From assembly GCF_006345805.1 (NCBI RefSeq), contig NC_043003.1, positions 88,164,001 through 88,228,000 on the forward strand: 64,000 nucleotides of DNA. Reading direction: 5' to 3'. This DNA comes from Octopus sinensis (lineage: Eukaryota). Position numbers and translations under genes: made by a program. Below the pieces are notes generated by a model that saw only the letters and a program-made list of their open reading frames with translations, did not search any database and was not told the DNA's origin. The first letter of the stretch is position 1. Every line of letters starts with the position of its first letter. Positions 38,490 through 51,293 of this stretch are shown here, one piece after another.

Positions 38490-41310
38490 CATTATTTTAC
38501 GTCAGTTGTCCATGCTGGCATGGGTTGGATGGTTTGACTAGGGTGGCACACTGGAATACTGCACCAGACTCCAGTCTGATTGGCCATGGTTTTCTACAGC
38601 TTGATGCCTTTCCTAACACCAACCACTCTAGGTGTGTAATGGGTGCTATTTAAGTGACACTGGGGTGTGTCTATGTACCACCGGCATGGGTGCTAATTTG
38701 CGTGACACTGCTATCTGTCACAATTGCAATTTTGCTCGGCTTAATGGATCTTCTTCCCAAGCACGATATAATGGTCATTGTCTCCATGAGGCCCAACACT
38801 CAAAAGGAATTCAGCGACTTTACCTGTGAGGCTCAACACTCAGAGGTCCAACACGTGAAAAGAACTCAGCTACTTTGCCTCCATGAGGCCCAACACTCAA
38901 AAGGAACTCAACCACTTTGCTTCTGTGAAGCCCAACACTTGAAAGGAACTCTGCCACTTTGACTCTGTGAGGGCCAACATTCAAAAGATATTCATTACAT
39001 GCCACCAGCATGGGTGCACTTGGATTGGCAGGTCCTCTCAAGCACAGCACATTGCTAAAGGTCTCAGTCACCAGTCATTGATTTTGTGAGGCTCAAAGTT
39101 TGAAGGTCATGCTTCACACCTCATCCCATGTCTTCCTAGGTCTACATCTACAACAGGTTCCCTCCACAGTTAGAGATTGGCACTTCTTTACACAGCTGTC
39201 CTTGTTCATATGCATCACATGACCATACCAGCACAGTTGTCGCTCTTGCACACCACATCTGATTCCTTTTATGCCTAACTTTTCTCTCAAGATGCTTACA
39301 CTGTCGAACTGACACTGTACATCCAGCCAAGCATACTGGCTTCATTTCTCTCAAGCCTACGCATGTCATCAGATGTCACATGTTTCATTGCTGTGTGGAA
39401 TAGCTGTTTGCACACAGGCATCAAATAATATGCTTTTCACTCTGAGAGAGAGGCCCTTTGTTGCCAGTAGGTATAGGAGCTCTCTGAACTTTGCCCAGCT
39501 TAATCTTATTCTCACAACTACATTCTCAGAACATCAACGTACGCTACTAACTTGGTCACCTAGATAATGGAAGCTATCTACTACTTCTAGCTTACCCCAC
39601 TGGCAGTTGATGGAGCCTATTTTCTGCACATTTTCAGCGTTTATTGTACATGTGCACCTTCCACATACAAAACGTAGCTTTCCTGTTAACCTTCCTTTGA
39701 TGTTGCTGCACCTTTTATGTGCCCAAAGCTTAAACTGGGTGCATTTTATGGAGTTTCTGCATACACCTTTTAGACAGATTGAGCAGGGCCATCTACCTGA
39801 AGGGATTTGTGATTTGTCTACTTTCCTACTTACTATGACTTTGGTATTTGCTAAGTTAACTGCATGGCTCTTTGATTCTAGACCTTACTTCCATATCTGG
39901 GACATCTTCTCTAATTCAGGTAGTGATTCAGCTATAAGAGCAAGGTCATCAGCATAGAGGAGCTTCAACCATGATCTCCAGACGACTTCAAAAGTTCCTG
40001 TAACTCTTCTGGATGGTCTCCTTGTTTAAGTTGGTGAATGCTGCCACAATCCTTGCCTCCAGTTCATTTTTGTGTTACACAGAGTTTTGTTGGTCTCTTG
40101 CTCAACTGCGCTCCACACATAATAATCAAGGGGGTTGCAGCCAGGAGAGTTAGGTGGCCAGATGTTAGGGGAGATGTGGTCGCAGAAATATCATCTCAGC
40201 AGTGATACCCAATGGTCCAGGAGCTTTTCCAGTCTTCATTTTCTTAATTGCCTTATCTATTATACTGCTATCAACTCTGATGGCTCGTCCCTTAATTGGT
40301 TTAATATTTGAAAGATTCTCCTCCCAATCATTCTCCACATTACAACCTTTCATAATGGCATCTCCATGCATCTTTATTCTCAGAGTCACTGAGCAAAAGC
40401 ATACCATTATCCATTCGCACACATTTCTCACCTACCACATCTCTATTCTGATACATGGCTTTGCAATCCTGAACACCTCACGCTGTATAACATAGGCAAA
40501 CTTCTTACCTTCTGCTATTCCTTTTGCTATGTAAATCTCTTGCCTAGCCTCCCTTCCGGCTCCCTGATATAATGTTTTGCTTCCACTGTTTTCCCAGTCC
40601 TTTCAGGCCTGTCTCTTTGCCTTTATAGCACTGTCCACCACCTTGTTCTACCACCAAGTGACCCTCGGCCTGGCTGGGACTTTGCACCAACCACAGATTT
40701 GGTCAGTGGCACCCAATAAATTGTCCTGCAAGAACTTCCAGTTGTCCTCTAAGCTATATGTCCCTTCCTCCTCCTCTCTATCATCAGAGGCTTCCAGTAG
40801 AATGTCTCTAAACTTTTGTTGGTTTACTGGATCTTTGAGCTTCTTTTCCAGTGTGGTTTATGTCTTTGAGTTTCTCTAGCCCTCATTCTGAAGTCACTAA
40901 CTAGTAGCCTATGTTGGGGTGTACACTCATCACCTGGGAACGACTTCGCATTTATGAACATCAGCCTGTCTCACTGCCTGGTGAGGAGGTAATTAACCTG
41001 GCTTATATTCCCACCAGACTGATAAGTAATTAGGTAGCTGGCTGGCTTTCTAAATTTAGAGTTGCAGATCATGAGATCATTTGCATCACAGAATTCAAGT
41101 AGCTTTGTACCTTCCTCATTCCAGGTGCCAAAGCCATAACCACATGCACACCATGGAATCCATGGGAATGCTACGCAACATGTCCATTAAAGTCGCCGCC
41201 CACAATACCAAAATCTCTATCATTTGTCACTGAGAAAGTCTGCAAAAGGATCTTTCTCATCATCAGCCAGTCCAGCCTGTGTAGCATAGGCACAAATAAA
41301 TTGCTAATCT
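38490..41310 (-). mobile_element. Decayed RTE LINE (endonuclease to 3' UTR), with 42-bp tandem units at 38782-38990 and a nested DD37D transposase fragment at about 39987-40190
   Basis: KAIKKMKTGKAPGP, LYADDLAL, GRWPC; nested WPPNSPGCNPLDYYVWSAVE. Confidence 0.8.
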
Positions 41311-42279
41311 ATCTATGATATGTCTCAATCTAATAACCTTATCACACAGTCTGACTACCTCAATTACTTTAGCTACCCATTTTTCTGCTAAGAGCATGCA
41401 CACACCCCACTCCATCACTCCTGCCTACCCAAAAGAATTTAAACCTCTGTTTCTTATCCCTGAAGAATCTAGAAGAGGTTCCTTTCTATCTCACTTCTTG
41501 TACACCACACACATTGACATAGCAATGCTCCATTTCAACAATCTCAACAGACCTCCCCCTTCATTGAGCCAACATTGATGTTTGCAGCCCTAAAATTGTA
41601 TACTTGAGAGGGACAAGGGAAAGGTAGTTAAAAAGAAGATCTGTGTAAATGTTTGCTAGGTAATTTGTGAATTTGATTCAATGAAGTATAATTTTCTCCC
41701 TCCCATATAGCGTCCAGATTAAAGGCTAGTAAAAGTGGGGAGAACAAGTGCATGAAGTAGACATATATATCGATATACATATATACCTTGGTACAGCATC
41801 CAGATTAAGATCCAGTAAAGAGAGGAGTAAGAAGGGCATGAAAGTAGTAATATATGTCCATTTATACATACACATTATTAACCTTATATGCTAATATACA
41901 CATATACTGTATATATACATATATATATATATTTACATACAAACACTACACTGCATGGTATGAATCTTACATATTCATATGTACAAACAAACACAGACAC
42001 CTATACAACCACACATATATACACATATCCATATACCCACACATATGAACATTAATCCACATTAATATACACAGTCCACATTAATATACACAGATAGAAG
42101 TACACCCATATACCCATATATATACATATATACACACATATGAACATGCAGTCCACACAGAGATACACATGTAAATATATACATATATATCTATACATAT
42201 ACATATATACTCAAACACATACATCTACACTGACATATATACATAATGAGGTTCATGTAGGTACATTCAGGTATTTATA

Positions 42280-42995
42280 CAGTAAGCTGACAGGCACACA
42301 CACTCAAAAATACGGATACAGAGAGGGGAAACCTCAACACACAGATGAAGTTTAGGGTGTGGAAGCAAGGTTTAGAATGAAAGGGCCTTACAGTTAACCT
42401 AGCAAATACCAAAGTCATAGTAAGTAGGAAGACAGACAAATCACACATCCCTTCAGGTAGATGGCCCTGCTCAATCTGTAGAAAGGCATAGGTAGAAACT
42501 CCATAAGATGCACCCGGTGTAAGCTTTGGATACATAAGAGGTACAGCAATATCAGAGGAAGGTTAACAGGGAAACTAGCTTTTCTATGTGGAAGATGCAT
42601 AGGTACAATAAATGCTGAAATGTGCAGAAAATACTCCATCAACTGCCAGTGGATCAAATTAGAGGTAGTAGATAGCTTCCGTTATCTAGGTGACCAAGTT
42701 AGTAGCGGAAGTGGATGCTCCAAGAGCGTAGCTGTAAAAATAAGATTAAGCTGGGCAAAGTTCAGATAGCTTCTACCCCCGATAGCAAAAGAGGGCCTCT
42801 CTCATAGTAAAAGGCAGATTGTATGATACCTGTGTGTGAACAGCCATGCTACATGGCAGTGAAACATGCGTAGGTTTGAAAGAAATGAAGCTAATATGCT
42901 TCGTTGGATGTGCAATGTCAGTGTGCAAGTTCAACAACCCTGGTCAAACCAGCCAACCCATGCCAGCATGGACAACAGATGTTAGTTGATGATGA
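42280..42995 (+). mobile_element. RTE LINE 3' fragment
   Basis: FRVWKQGLE*KGLTVNLANTKV...GRWPCSICRK; ends in a (gat)n tail. Confidence 0.8.
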
Positions 42996-43299
42996 TGATA
43001 ATATTATCATATAAACTTAGGAGCATATGAAAAAATCATGCTGTTCTATTTTACATACTAACATAAAACATAGGAGAATTTGTACTAATTTATGCCACAT
43101 AATATATGAGAAATCAGCTGGTAAGGATGCTATACAGGAGAGAAAGAGTAAACTGCATTACATGAAAATAAACTAAAACTAAGATTAAAAAAACTTAGCT
43201 TCTGTTTTCACTTACTGCAATAAGAAAGTAAAACACACTATGTCTGTCACTACAGAAAGTGTTTGCAAGATGGACACTGTTTTTTTTTTTTTATTGTAC

Positions 43300-43342
43300 A
43301 TTAATATTCAAAACTTTATTATTATTATTATTAATAATAATA

Positions 43343-43417
<75 letters not shown>

Positions 43418-43465
43418 TAATAATAATAATAATAATAATAAAAATAAATAATAATAATAATAATA
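43300..43465. repeat. (AAT)n microsatellite
   Basis: Long run of aat triplets; source of the poly-N and poly-Y ORFs. Confidence 0.95.
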
Positions 43466-43703
43466 CACCCTACACTGTAAACATTCAGAACTTTTATTAT
43501 AAATATAATAAATTAACATTTCAAGTTATGTTTTATCATATAAACTTAGGAGCATATGAAAAAAATTATACTGTTCTATTCTACATACTAACATAAAACA
43601 TAGTACTTATCTAAGTTATATATACACACATACATATAAACCATATATATATATATATATATATACATAAATACACACACACACACATATACATATGTGT
43701 ATG

Positions 43704-43709
<6 letters not shown>

Positions 43710-43737
<28 letters not shown>

Positions 43738-46115
43738 TGTGTACAGTGCTCAGGTGCACTACAACTCATCTAAAGTGTATATATAATCAGGTGTAGTTTC
43801 GACGGATTTCGGGAAGCATGAGGGCCTTAAAGGATGCAGTGTCATGGCAGTCAACAACTGATGCAGGCAGTTTATTCCACGCTTCAGCAACCCTGAGCGT
43901 GAAAAAATGTTTCCGAAAGTCATGGGAGCTGTGCTGTTTTCTGACTTTGTAGGCATGTCCACGTGTGTTAGACACATGGAGATCAAAAAGGTGTTCAGTG
44001 TTGTTGTTGGTGAGGTGGTTGATAACCTTGTGGGTGTTTACCAAGTCCGTCGCTAGACGCCGGAGCTTCAGTGAATCCATGCCCAGGGAAACAAGGCGCT
44101 CAGAATATGGTAGGTGTCTGATGGAGGGTATGCGTTTGGTTGCACGTCTCTGGACAGATTCCAGGAGGTCAATGTTCTGAGCAAGATAGGGATTCCAAAC
44201 TGATGATGCGAATTCCAAGTGTGGTCGTACCATAGCTGTATACAGTTTTAAATAGATGGCTGGAGAGCGGCTAACAAAAGTCTTGCTGAGTGATGCCAAG
44301 ACACCCTCGGCCTTCTTGACAATTTTAGAGATATGCTTTGTCCAACGCAAATCACTGCTGACAGTGATGCCTAGGTCACGCTCGCAAGAGGATTTCTTGA
44401 AATCAGTGTTGTGGAGGGAGTATGTGGACGCAGGGTTTTTTCTCCCAAAATGCATGGTGGTACACTTGTCCACAGCCAGTTTCAGTTGCCAGTCTGTGAT
44501 CCATTGCTGCATTGTGTCTAGGTCTGATTGCAGGAAAGAGTTGTAGACATCAGGATCAGTCCTCTTGATTTCAAGGTACAGCTTGATGTCGTCTGCATAT
44601 TTCAATACTGTGGCATTCTTTAAATTGGCATCTATGTCATTAATGTATGCCACAAACAGGAGGGGACCAAGGACAGATCCCTGTGGTACACCCGATGACA
44701 TCTCATATGGTGTAGAGTGCTGTCCTAGAACTGTGACTACCTCCTTTCGGCTGAGGATGAAGGATTTCAACCAGTTAAAAAGGTCATCCCCCACACCCAT
44801 TGCAGAGAGTTTCACCATAAGCCTTTTGTGTGGCACAGAGTTGAAAGCCTTAGCAAAGTCAAGGTAGACAACATCCACCCATGAGCCACTGTCAGTGATC
44901 TGAGTAATGTCCTCAAGGAACTCGACAAGCTGGTCACTGCAGCTGGAGTTAGGGACAAATCCATATTGTGAGGGTCGGATGAGACTGTGAGAGCTCCAGA
45001 AGTTCCAGAGTGTTTCTCTGACACACGATTCCATCAGTTTTGCAATACAGCTAGTGAGACTGACTGGGCGATAGTTGACAGGTGATGTGCGGTCACCCTT
45101 TTTGAACAGAGGAATGACACTGGCAGTTTTCCACTGCTCCGGAGTAGCACCATTGTTGAGACAGTACTGGAAGAAAATAGAAAGCTGGTGTAAAAGGAAG
45201 TGCCTGCCACGTTTGAGAAGCAGGTATGTAACTCCATCGAGACCAGGGGAGGCATAGTTGCGCTTATTTTGAAGGTGACGTCGCAGCATTGCAGGTGTAA
45301 ATTCCATAGTTGTTATGGAGTTTGCTGTTAGTGATGGTGAAGATGGTACATTTTGACTTTCGACAGTGAATATGTTTGCATAGCACTCGGCAATGAGTTC
45401 TGCGCATTCCTTGGGGTCGTCAGTGATCTGGTTCGTGTGAGGGTTGCGAAGAGGGCCCACTGGAGAGTGAGGTCTCTGCTTTGAATGCACATATTTCCAG
45501 AAAACCTTGCTGTCAGGATTGGCTGCTATGCACTGTTCAAATTCAAGCACTTCATTTTTTGTCACTTGCTTGAGATGGTTGGAGGATTTATTCCGCTTCT
45601 TCCTGTTGGTGTCTGATTTATGCAACTTGTATTCCTGTTCAGCAGTCCGACGTTCCTTCCTGGCAAGTCGGACCGCTGAAGTTTCCCAAATTGCCCTTTT
45701 GGGGCGGTTCTTCTTTTTTGTTTACGTGGCACTGATGCTGCACATGCTGCCCATATTGAGTCCAGGATACTCTGGAGTATAGTATTCACATCTCCAGAGT
45801 TGTAGAATTCACGCCAGTTTGGGTGCTGTAGTTCAGTGTGGTACAGGTTCCAATCTGCTCTCTTCCAATCGAAGGAAGCAGATTGGAGATGGTTCAGGTG
45901 TTTGTTGCCCGCAAGAGCCAGATTGGCGATGATCATAGCATGATCAGAGTCACCTAGAGGTTCCTCCGTAGTGCAATTGATAACCGCTTCAGGAGTTGTG
46001 GTGAAGAGCAGGTCCAAGGTGTTGTCGCCTCTTGTTGGAGAGGTGACTACTTGTGACCAGTTTGAGTCCAGCACAAGCTCAACAAAATCGTTTGCACTCA
46101 ACAAAATCGTTTGCA
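43710..46115 (-). mobile_element. 5'-truncated, near-intact CR1-group LINE (C-terminal part of the AP endonuclease plus complete RT)
   Basis: 612-aa ORF 43787-45625 (YRPVSLTS, VYLDFAKAF, GVPQGSVLGP, YADD); upstream SPTRGDNTLDLLFT and SDH in another frame; 3' UTR ends in (ATT)n. Confidence 0.95.
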
Positions 46116-46760
46116 TATATGTATATACATATATACATGCACACACATCACAGTATGTTACCTGGGATTTTCATTGCATGTTTGGAATATTTTGAGGTCT
46201 TAAATTATACTTTTATGTGTCTTAGCAATACATATGCTTGGTTTTGTTTAATTCACTAATTCATTTTTCTGTAGTACAATATTATCATAAACATGTGTCA
46301 CTGTGACTAACAAGTTGATTGGAAATTATGATAGTATAATAATAATAAAAATCTTTTCTACTATAGGCACAAGGCCTGAAATTTTAGGGGAGGGGGCTAG
46401 TGAATTACATCAACCCCAAATGAATGGAAGGCAAAGTTGATCTTGACTGAATTTAACTTAAAAATGTAAAGCCAGAATAAATGCTGCTAAGCATTATCCC
46501 AAACATTACATTATATTCTTAACTAACAAGAGACAGTCAAAAATGAAAATCTGCACAAGTACCCTCATAAAATTTTCCACTGCCCACTTTGAGAAGCACT
46601 GACATAAAGAAACAGAAATAAAAGCCAAAATATAACATGAACAAAATAAAATGAATAGAAAGCAAAACATTTTTAAAACAAAATTTGTGTGTAAAAAACC
46701 CAGCAAAAACAAGAGAAAGATGAAAAAAAGATTAAAATAAAACCTGCTCCATTGACTTAC

Positions 46761-46943
46761 TTGTGAATTTGTACAATATCTGTCAGCTTCAAGTTGGCAA
46801 CAGTGTCTCCAAATAACAAAACAAAATCATTACGAATCAGTGCTCGATTGTCAATATCTCGCATTGCATCCCCAAGAGAGTAACAGCCTTTCAAGATGAC
46901 TACAGTCACAGTCAGTGAAGATTTCTTATACCAACCTGCATCT
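46761..46943 (-). CDS. EIF2B5: eIF2B epsilon exon (DAGWYKK...SLGDAMRDIDNRALIRNDFVLLFGDTVANLKLTDIVQIHK)
   Basis: tttgtttAG acceptor, GTAAGT donor, 183 nt; SLGDxxRDxD and DFxLxxGD motifs. Confidence 0.95.
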
Positions 46944-47835
46944 CTAAACAAAATAATAATAATAGTTTCAAATTTTTTGCACAAGGCCAGAAGTTTTAGT
47001 TGGATGGGGGAGGGGAGTAGTCAATACTATCCAGCCCAGTACTTGACTTAAAATAACCCCATAAAGATGAATGGCACAGCTGACTCAGTAGCATTTGAAC
47101 TCAAAATGTAAAGCTGGAAGAAATGCCACTAAGCATTTTATACAATGCACTAACAATTCTACAAACATGCTGTCTTCATAATATTCCTAATGGTAATATT
47201 GCTCCTATTTAGGCACAAGGTTAGCTATTTTGAGAGAGAAGGTTAGTCAATAACATCAACCACAGTATTTAACTGGCACTATATTATAGGTTCTCCATGA
47301 AATTTGAACACAAAAAGTAAAAAGTTAGAATAAATATCCTACAGAACTTTGTCTAGTACTCTAAAATAATTCTGCTAATCAACCACTCAAAAATAACAGC
47401 TTCTGATTTAGGCACAAGACCAATAGGAGAAGAGAGGGCAAGTTGATTACAGCTAAGTACCAGTACTAGAATGGTACTTTATTCTATTGACTCCAGAGGG
47501 ATGAAGACAAAGTTGACCACAGAAGGATTTGAATTCAAATCAAAGTGCTGGGACAAAAAATAGTAATTGTTCCTAATTTAGGCACAAAGCCAGCAATTTT
47601 GATGGGGTGGTGAATTAGCCAGTACCATTGATCCCAATGGTAACTAATAAAAATTGAAAGGCAAAACTGATCTCAGCAGAATTTGAATTAAGAATATAAA
47701 GAACTAGAACAAATACAAGGTATTTTTTATGATGCTCTGATTCTACCAGCCCGCCACCTTTAATAATGATTTCTAATTTAGGCACAAGACCAGCATTTTT
47801 TTAAGAGAAGTGTTAATCAGTACCTCAGTGCTTAA

Positions 47836-48053
47836 CCCTCTTAATACCAACCTGGCTGAAACCGACTCTGGCTTTTGTATTACAAATGTCTTGTTTTCAA
47901 AAGTTCTGAATTAAAACCTCTACCAAACCTTAGTCACAATTTATGTTCCTAACACTAGCTCAATGATAACTATTTTACTAAATTCTTTGTTACAATTAAA
48001 ATTAATTGAAAGAAACACAAAGCATCTTCACAGAAATATGGTAACAAAAGAGG
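47836..48053. mobile_element. Second copy of the 220-bp piggyBac MITE
   Basis: TTAA+CCCTCTTAATACC...ggtaacaaaagagg; internal similarity to 25293-25512. Confidence 0.85.
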
Positions 48054-50214
48054 TAATCAAAGCTTTATCATATCAAACTCGAAGAAAAGCTGACCCCAGT
48101 AAGATTTGAACTCGGGCCATAAAAAGTCAGAACAAATATTGCAACGCATTGTGTCTGATTTCATAATCCTCCCCACCATCATTTTAATGTCTGTTTTCTA
48201 TGCTTGTATGGATCAGATGGAATTTATTGGGACAGATTTTCTACAGTCCTTCCTATTGCTGATCTTCACTGTACCCAAGTAAAGTAATATTTCTCTATGG
48301 TCAGAATGTTTCCCAGGAAAACTGGAAATGAAGGTCATTGCTTGTTTGATGATGACAATGTTCATTTACATCAATTGCTTGATGTTAAGATAGGTGGACA
48401 ATACACACACATATATATATGACAGGAATCTTTCAGTTTCCATCTAGGAAATCCACTCACTAAGACTTTGATCAACTCAGGTCTCAATGCCCTAAATAAT
48501 AATGATAATAGTGATTTCAAATTTTGGAACAAGACCATCAAGCCTGAGAGAAGGGGCAAGTTGATTGTATTGACCCCAGTTTTAAACTGGTACTCTATTT
48601 ATTAACCCACAAATGATGAAAAGTAAAGTCGGAATTTGAACTCAGACTGTGAAGATAGACAAACTGCCACAAAGCACTTTGCCCGGCATGCTAATGATTC
48701 AACCAGCTCACCACCTTAATAATATTAATGATACCCTGATGCAGTACCAGGCAGTGGCTCTGAAAGTGGTAACATGTATATGTTTTGTCTTGGTAGAAAA
48801 GATGGGCTACATACAGCAAATATTCTGATCAATAGCACAGATTTGTTTGTCAGTTGCTTGACCTTAATTAGTTGCGCATGTCCCTTAGTGGCTGATGATA
48901 TATGCATCTCTGATGATGAGCAGAAATAGTGAAGGAGCATTATAGCCATGTGTTGAGAGGAATTCTTAGTAGTTTCAATAATTTCCCACTGGAAACACGG
49001 GTGTTTCATTCATCCTTAAACAACCCTTATTCAAGGACCTTTTGAGCAGATGGGCTACTTGACCTAAAGAAAATTCTAACTGGGCCCCACCTGCAATGTC
49101 ATGCACTGTTTATGTTTATATGAGATTATCATGTTGTACACACATGGTTGTGTTGCATGTGACTGGTGTACCCTTATCAGATGGGTATATTGAGTCATAT
49201 ATTTCTACCCCAGTGTCATTTTGATGGCATGCATTATTTGCTCACTCAATGACAATAATAATGTTTGCAAGAAGACTTTTAAGCAATGCAAATCAAAAGT
49301 TTGACAGAATATAAAAGGCGATACCGATAAATAAATGCCATAACCTTACATAACTTGCTTAACTTCTCACCAGCATTGCTTAAACTTCTTGAAAATGTTT
49401 ACGTCATTTACACATTACATTACATAATGCATCAAACAACTTGCAATGCTCTTTTAATAACAGTAGTTTCTGATTTAGGCACAAGGCCAGCATTTTTGAA
49501 GGGAAGGGAATTAGCTGGTAAATTTGAACTCTAGTATCTGACTGGTACTTTATTTTATCAAATCCAAAATAATGAAAGATAAAGTTGTCTTCAGCAGTAT
49601 TAATTATTTCTAACATTGGCACATTAAAATATAGTATAGTAGAGCAGTATAAGTAATATACTCAATAACAGTGACCTCCAGTGATAGACAATCACAAAAA
49701 ACATCAATGGAGATAAATCTGGTATTTTGGGCAATTTGTTATGTTTACAATATTGGTCATTGTTTAGTTTCCAAATTAGCTCAGATTGACACACCTAAGA
49801 TCAAAGGAATTCAAGCACTATTCATCTAGTCTTTGTCTAAGAAATAGTTTATCAAGGAGTATATTCTCCTGGGTACTCTTTTTAAGACGATATGATGTAA
49901 ATTGGGGGAGATTAGGTGCCTATTTCTGGCAAGTTGTGTGAAAACATAAAAACTCTCACTTAAGCACATTCAGTGTATAGTTCCAAAAATGGTTTCTCAT
50001 ACTGGTATAATTTGGAGCTGGAGTTCAGTAAACTGAATTAGTACCAGTACTCATGAAGGAAGGATGATAGATAAAAGGGACATAGGATGTAACTATCTTA
50101 GGACATTTTGACCAGCACTTCACATATTATATGAACAACCACCTCCATTTTTATGAGAATAAGAATATTTTTATGTTGGAAACGAAGATATGGTCAATAA
50201 AATCTAATATATAT

Positions 50215-50550
50215 TGCTGGCATAGTTGTGTTGTGTAGCTGAGAAGTTTGCTTTACAACGACGTGGCTTCATGTTCAGTCCCACTGCACAGCAGACCAAA
50301 TCCTTGAAAGAGGATTTAGTAGGTGGAAACTGACAGAAACACATTGTGTGTGTGTGTGTTGAGTGTGTGTGCATGGGTGTGTTCATGACCCCTTGTTTTG
50401 ACATTGAATGCTGGTTATAAAGTGGTGTCATACATTTGTAGTCTTCCATGAAAACATTTCCAGCCATTGAGGTGTTTGTGTTTGAAAGATTAGGACACAG
50501 AGAAATCTACACCAATGAATTTATCTAACCAACCCATGAAAGTATGGACA
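50215..50550 (-). mobile_element. tRNA-derived SINE (family A)
   Basis: Contains family-A head and body (gttcagtcccactgca...ggtggaaactgacagaa); head reads on plus in this copy, so orientation is uncertain. Confidence 0.55.
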
Positions 50551-50720
50551 TTAAAATGATGAAGATGCGAGAAAGTGGAGAGACTGTGATAGCTGGAGGA
50601 GGAGGATGGCCAGGTCTTTTGCAACACTCCTTGATCTAACAAATGGAATCTTCGTGGACTGATGTTATTGAGAAGGAATTTACATCAATAATAATTCCAT
50701 GCAATATATCTAATACATAC

Positions 50721-50845
50721 CGTAGGTAATCATCAATTTGGTTGAAATGGCTACTGCAAAAGACAAAGATTTCTTCAATCCCTGCTGCAGCAAGAAATTC
50801 AAGACTATACTCAATCAATGGTATATTTACTAATGGCAACAAAAC
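50721..50845 (-). CDS. EIF2B5: eIF2B epsilon exon (VLLPLVNIPLIEYSLEFLAAAGIEEIFVFCSSHFNQIDDYLR)
   Basis: ttttaacAG acceptor, GTATGT donor, 125 nt; matches human [30 protein letters not shown]. Confidence 0.95.
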
Positions 50846-51293
50846 CTGTTAAAAGACACAAAAAATAAAAAATTATGTATCATTACTAGTGTTTCTAACA
50901 CTTAAAGTATATCTCATTTATTCTTAATCAAAATGAATTTTGACACTTGACAAATGGTGTCCTTCAACTGTATAAACATTCTGTAAGATTCATGTGGGTG
51001 CGTGTGTTTGCATTTTATGCACAAAGCAGCATGAATCAGAAGAAATGGAAACATTTAAATATAAAACCTTACTGTAGGTTAAATAAGAGTTTAAACACAT
51101 TCTTTCTTATAGATGTGGGGAGTTTTCTGATGAATCATTTCATTGTTTGCTAATTACTTAGCAGGTTTACTTTGCTAATCAATAGCATAGAATGATCAGC
51201 TGCTACATAAAGATGCTGTAAATCAGATTAGTACAGTAATGCTACATTTATTCTTAAACAAGAATATTATTTAGAGTGACTTCAAAGTTTTGG

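Larger units (their letters stand above)
46365..49620 (-). mobile_element. Cluster of at least 8 co-oriented tRNA-derived SINEs (family B)
   Basis: Anchor aggcacaagg-like at about 46365, 46979, 47211, 47410, 47580, 47780, 48526 and 49477; B-box-like tttgaactc on the plus strand; AT-rich spacers. Confidence 0.75.
3129..50845 (-). other. EIF2B5: eIF2B epsilon subunit gene (partial: 9 internal exons, 1219 coding nt; first and last exons not found in the window)
   Basis: Exons of 125+183+169+162+86+129+101+146+118 nt splice with matching phases (0-2-2-0-0-2-2-1-0-1) into one stop-free frame, colinear with eIF2B epsilon from VLLPLVNIPLIEY to SDFADDE. Confidence 0.95.
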
